From positions 544,001 through 608,000 of the forward strand of contig OZ219801.1 of NCBI GenBank assembly GCA_964291655.2: a DNA stretch of 64,000 bases, written 5' to 3'. This DNA comes from Chloroflexota bacterium. GTDB taxonomy: Bacteria; Chloroflexota; UBA11872; VXOZ01. Position numbers and translations under genes: made by a program. Shown here piece by piece: positions 60,155 to 64,000 of the stretch. The notes below the pieces were generated by a model that was not told the DNA's origin, did not search any database, and saw only the letters and a list, made by a program, of their open reading frames with translations. How positions within the stretch are numbered: the first letter of the stretch is position 1; the number at the start of each line of letters is the position of its first letter.

Positions 60155-60664
60155 TCAGCGGCGAATGAGACGAAAGAGCACGTAGCAGAGACCGATGACG
60201 AGACCGCAGATCGCCGCGCCGCGGGTATCGAGAAGCGTGTTGACGTTGCCATTCACGCGACCGCCGACCACCACCACGCTGGCCACCTGCTCAGCTTCGA
60301 TCTGCCCGCCGACGATCCACTGCGACACGGAGTAGTTCGTATCCACGCTGCCGCCAACCACCAACCACGTCGCCCCTTCGGTCACGCTCACTTCATGGCC
60401 GGCTGCGATCCCAGTCAGCCCTTGCTGCAGCGACGCAGCCTCCGCCTGCACGACGCCGGTAGCCGTGTTCTGCATGTCGATATCATCGGCGACCACGTGC
60501 CGCACGAGGCTGTTCGTGATTTGAAACCGTTCATCAACTTCCGGTGCGTTTCCGGCAGCCTGTTGATCGCCGTCACTCATTGCTTCTTGAGAAGCGTCTT
60601 CCGAAACGTCATTGCCTGCCGGCGCCTGTTCCGGCCGCACCTCAGAAGACCCCATATTCGGCAC
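60155..60664 (-). CDS. Hypothetical protein with C-terminal TM
   Basis: Acidic N-terminus, Val/Gly beta-rich middle, hydrophobic C-terminus; same strand as larC. Confidence 0.6.
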   Translation of the reverse strand: MPNMGSSEVRPEQAPAGNDVSEDASQEAMSDGDQQAAGNAPEVDERFQITNSLVRHVVADDIDMQNTATGVVQAEAASLQQGLTGIAAGHEVSVTEGATWLVVGGSVDTNYSVSQWIVGGQIEAEQVASVVVVGGRVNGNVNTLLDTRGAAICGLVIGLCYVLFRLIRR

Positions 60665-60769
60665 CCCTTCTGCTCAACGGTTGCAATCGCCCCGGCACGT
60701 GCCGCTCGTAGCAGCGCGCCCCTCACATTCTATGATAACAGCCCCGCATAGTGGCAAAGTGATCCGGCG

Positions 60770-61936
60770 CTACTGTCCCGCTGTCCGCACAAAGTCCATT
60801 ACCTCTTTTACCGGCACCTGTGCCGCCGTAGCGACCCGCAGGCAGTCCTCGTACTCGGGACTACGATTCACAACCTTGCCGCGCCAATGCGCCACTTTGC
60901 GGCGCACCGTGCCCCACGGCGTATCCACGTGCTCTACCTGCCGTTCAAGCTTGATCCGCTCGACCCGATGCAGCCGCACGCCAATCGTCGTAGTCTCTCG
61001 AAAGACTATGTCCAGGAGAGGCGCATGGTCTGCGGCCTCCGTTAGCACGCTGAGCACGTGCCCGGGCCGTCCTTTCTTCATTTGGACCGGGGTCAGCGTC
61101 ACATCCAGCGCGCCGGCTGCAAACAAGAGCGCGGCAACATGTCCATACAACTGCGGATTCATATCGTCGATGGTGGTCTCGATCACAGTCGCCATGCCAG
61201 TAGCGTTACCAGCAGACTCCTCCCCGATGATGAGGCGCAAGACGTTGGGAATATCAGTGTCGCGCATACCCGCGCCGTAGCCAATGCGGTCCACCTGCAT
61301 TGTTGGTATGGGGCCGAATGCGTCCGCTAACTCGCTGAGCACGAGCGCCCCGGTGGGAGTGAGCGTCTCGCCCATGTCCGGTATGGCATAGATTGGCTTC
61401 TCCTTCATGAGATCCAGCGTCGCCGGACCCGGAATCGGCCACCAGCCGTGACGGGTCTGAATAGGGGGGCTGCCGCCGACGTTCACCGGCGAGCAAACAA
61501 CGCGCTCAACGCCGAGCGCCTTCAGTCCCGCGACCACACCAACTACGTCGAGTATAGAGTCCACCGCGCCGACTTCATGAAAATGCACGGCCTCCGGCGC
61601 AACCCCGTGCATACGGCCCTCTACTTCTGCTAACCGGACAAAGAGCCTCTCGCTCGTAGCAACAACGTCGTCTTCCAGATTACTCGTTTTGAGCAGTTGC
61701 ACGATATCGCCGAGATTACGTTCTACCTTGTGCTCGTGTGCATCGATGTCGATGTGAACTTGCAGGGCACGGAGCAAACCCTTGCGCACCTCTTCCGCCC
61801 GAACTTCGTAGCCGCCGAGCGGGATCTTGGCAAAGGTCGCCTTGAGGTCCTCCAGCGCCCACCCGCCATCTACCAGAGCGCCAAGCATCATATCGCCCGA
61901 GGCGCCGGCAAAGCAGTCGAAATAGGCTATTCGCAT
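60770..61936 (-). CDS. larC: Nickel pincer cofactor biosynthesis protein LarC
   Basis: YFDCFAGASGDM, HFHEVGAVDSILD, TPTGA, ETTIDD, MKKGRPG, ETTTIGVR, PEYED. Confidence 0.95.
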   Translation of the reverse strand: MRIAYFDCFAGASGDMMLGALVDGGWALEDLKATFAKIPLGGYEVRAEEVRKGLLRALQVHIDIDAHEHKVERNLGDIVQLLKTSNLEDDVVATSERLFVRLAEVEGRMHGVAPEAVHFHEVGAVDSILDVVGVVAGLKALGVERVVCSPVNVGGSPPIQTRHGWWPIPGPATLDLMKEKPIYAIPDMGETLTPTGALVLSELADAFGPIPTMQVDRIGYGAGMRDTDIPNVLRLIIGEESAGNATGMATVIETTIDDMNPQLYGHVAALLFAAGALDVTLTPVQMKKGRPGHVLSVLTEAADHAPLLDIVFRETTTIGVRLHRVERIKLERQVEHVDTPWGTVRRKVAHWRGKVVNRSPEYEDCLRVATAAQVPVKEVMDFVRTAGQ

Positions 61937-62709
61937 GACGAATCCTGGACGCTGTCTGCTTCCGTCATGCGGCAGATCATACCGGCCATATATCCTGCGC
62001 CAAAGCCATTATCGATATTCACGACAGCGAGCCCGGCCGCACAGCTATTGAGCATGGTGAGGAGCGGCGTCAGTCCACCGAGCGAGGCCCCGTACCCCAC
62101 ACTCGTCGGCACGGCAATGACGGGTCGATCGATCAGACCGGCAAGCACGCTTGGCAGCGCGCCCTCCATGCCTGCCACGGCGACCACGGCACGGGCCTGC
62201 TGCACAGTTTCGAGGTTGAGCAAGAGCCGGTGCAGCCCGGCCACACCCACATCTGTCAATCGATCAACTCGGCACCCCATCAGCTCCGCCGTTAAGCTGG
62301 CTTCAGCAGCTACCGGCAGGTCGGCCGTGCCTGCAGCGACTACTGCTACCCGTCCCTCTGCCAGGCGCTGCATTTCGCGGCGGACGACGATGGCGCGGGC
62401 GTCTTCATGGTACACGGCAGCCGGAATCCGCGCGTTCACGTCCGCAAAGAGTTGCGGTGTTGCGCGTGTGGCCAGGACGGTTTGATCATGGGCGAGCAAC
62501 TCCTCGGCAATGCCGATGACTTGTGCCGATGTCTTACCCGGACAGTAGATAACCTCCGGGAAGCCAACCCGCAGTTGGCGTTGCGCGTCTACCTTGGCGA
62601 ATCCCAAGTCCTCGTAGGGAGCCAACCGTATCCGGCGTACCACCTGCTCTATGTCTACGGTCCCACGTTGCAAGTCCGTGAGCAGCGTGCGTAATGTGTT
62701 TGTGTCCAT
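61927..62709 (-). CDS. larB: Nickel pincer cofactor biosynthesis protein LarB
   Basis: GFPEVIYCPGKT, AGTADLPVA, DVGVAGLHR, AGMEGAL, PTSVGYG, VNIDNGFGA. Confidence 0.95.
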   Translation of the reverse strand: MDTNTLRTLLTDLQRGTVDIEQVVRRIRLAPYEDLGFAKVDAQRQLRVGFPEVIYCPGKTSAQVIGIAEELLAHDQTVLATRATPQLFADVNARIPAAVYHEDARAIVVRREMQRLAEGRVAVVAAGTADLPVAAEASLTAELMGCRVDRLTDVGVAGLHRLLLNLETVQQARAVVAVAGMEGALPSVLAGLIDRPVIAVPTSVGYGASLGGLTPLLTMLNSCAAGLAVVNIDNGFGAGYMAGMICRMTEADSVQDSSCE

Positions 62710-62974
62710 CAGGGGAACACCAGACTCCAATGCGTTCAATCACTTTTCCAAGCAACAATGTGGCGATACTTGCGTCACTCGCCGCAACGACTATTGTAGC
62801 GCAGGCCGTCTTGTGCCAGAGGCGCAACACATCTACAGAGCAATTGCCCAAGCGGGCAAGCAAAGTTCGGGAACAGCAGATGCGAGTTAGTATCCAGCTC
62901 CCTGGCTGGACACCCCAAGGTCACATACCGGCTTGAGCACAGCCGCGATCACAGCACTCTTCGGTCGTGCAGGT

Positions 62975-64000
<1,026 letters not shown>

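Overview
GC-rich (~60%) bacterial chromosomal window, most plausibly from a Chloroflexota genome. This is an inference from the orphan Tat-lipoprotein solute-binding proteins, the GYP-repeat surface domain and the NIF3-like protein; the ankyrin protein hints at a host-associated lifestyle. Housekeeping genes are ndk, ctaB, argD/argG/argH, hemW, folK, thpR, galU, a prenyl synthase, larB/larC, eno and tRNA-Asn. Many catabolic enzymes are interspersed among them (sulfatase fold, hydantoinase/oxoprolinase, Gfo/Idh/MocA, amidohydrolases, M20). Two peptide-export loci stand out. (1) At 57.1-58.7 kb, a mauE-mauD operon is followed by a gene with a MauA-like Tat leader whose mature part is a 67-aa, 10-Cys, Trp-free mini-protein. 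It cannot be a TTQ amine dehydrogenase and looks like a dedicated disulfide-rich peptide secretion/folding system. (2) At 13.8-20.6 kb, an NHLP-type three-gene exporter is paired with a single short, highly acidic double-glycine precursor, with no recognisable maturation enzyme, downstream of tRNA-Asn. Other oddities are a sulfatase with Thr at the formylglycine site, nested IS481-like and IS5-like MITEs inserted in REP hairpins, two divergent genes with overlapping 5' ends, a degenerate 51-nt tandem array, and two 1-nt homopolymer frameshifts. No CRISPR array, rRNA or intact transposase/integrase was seen. All calls come from motif recognition by eye; no database searches were run.
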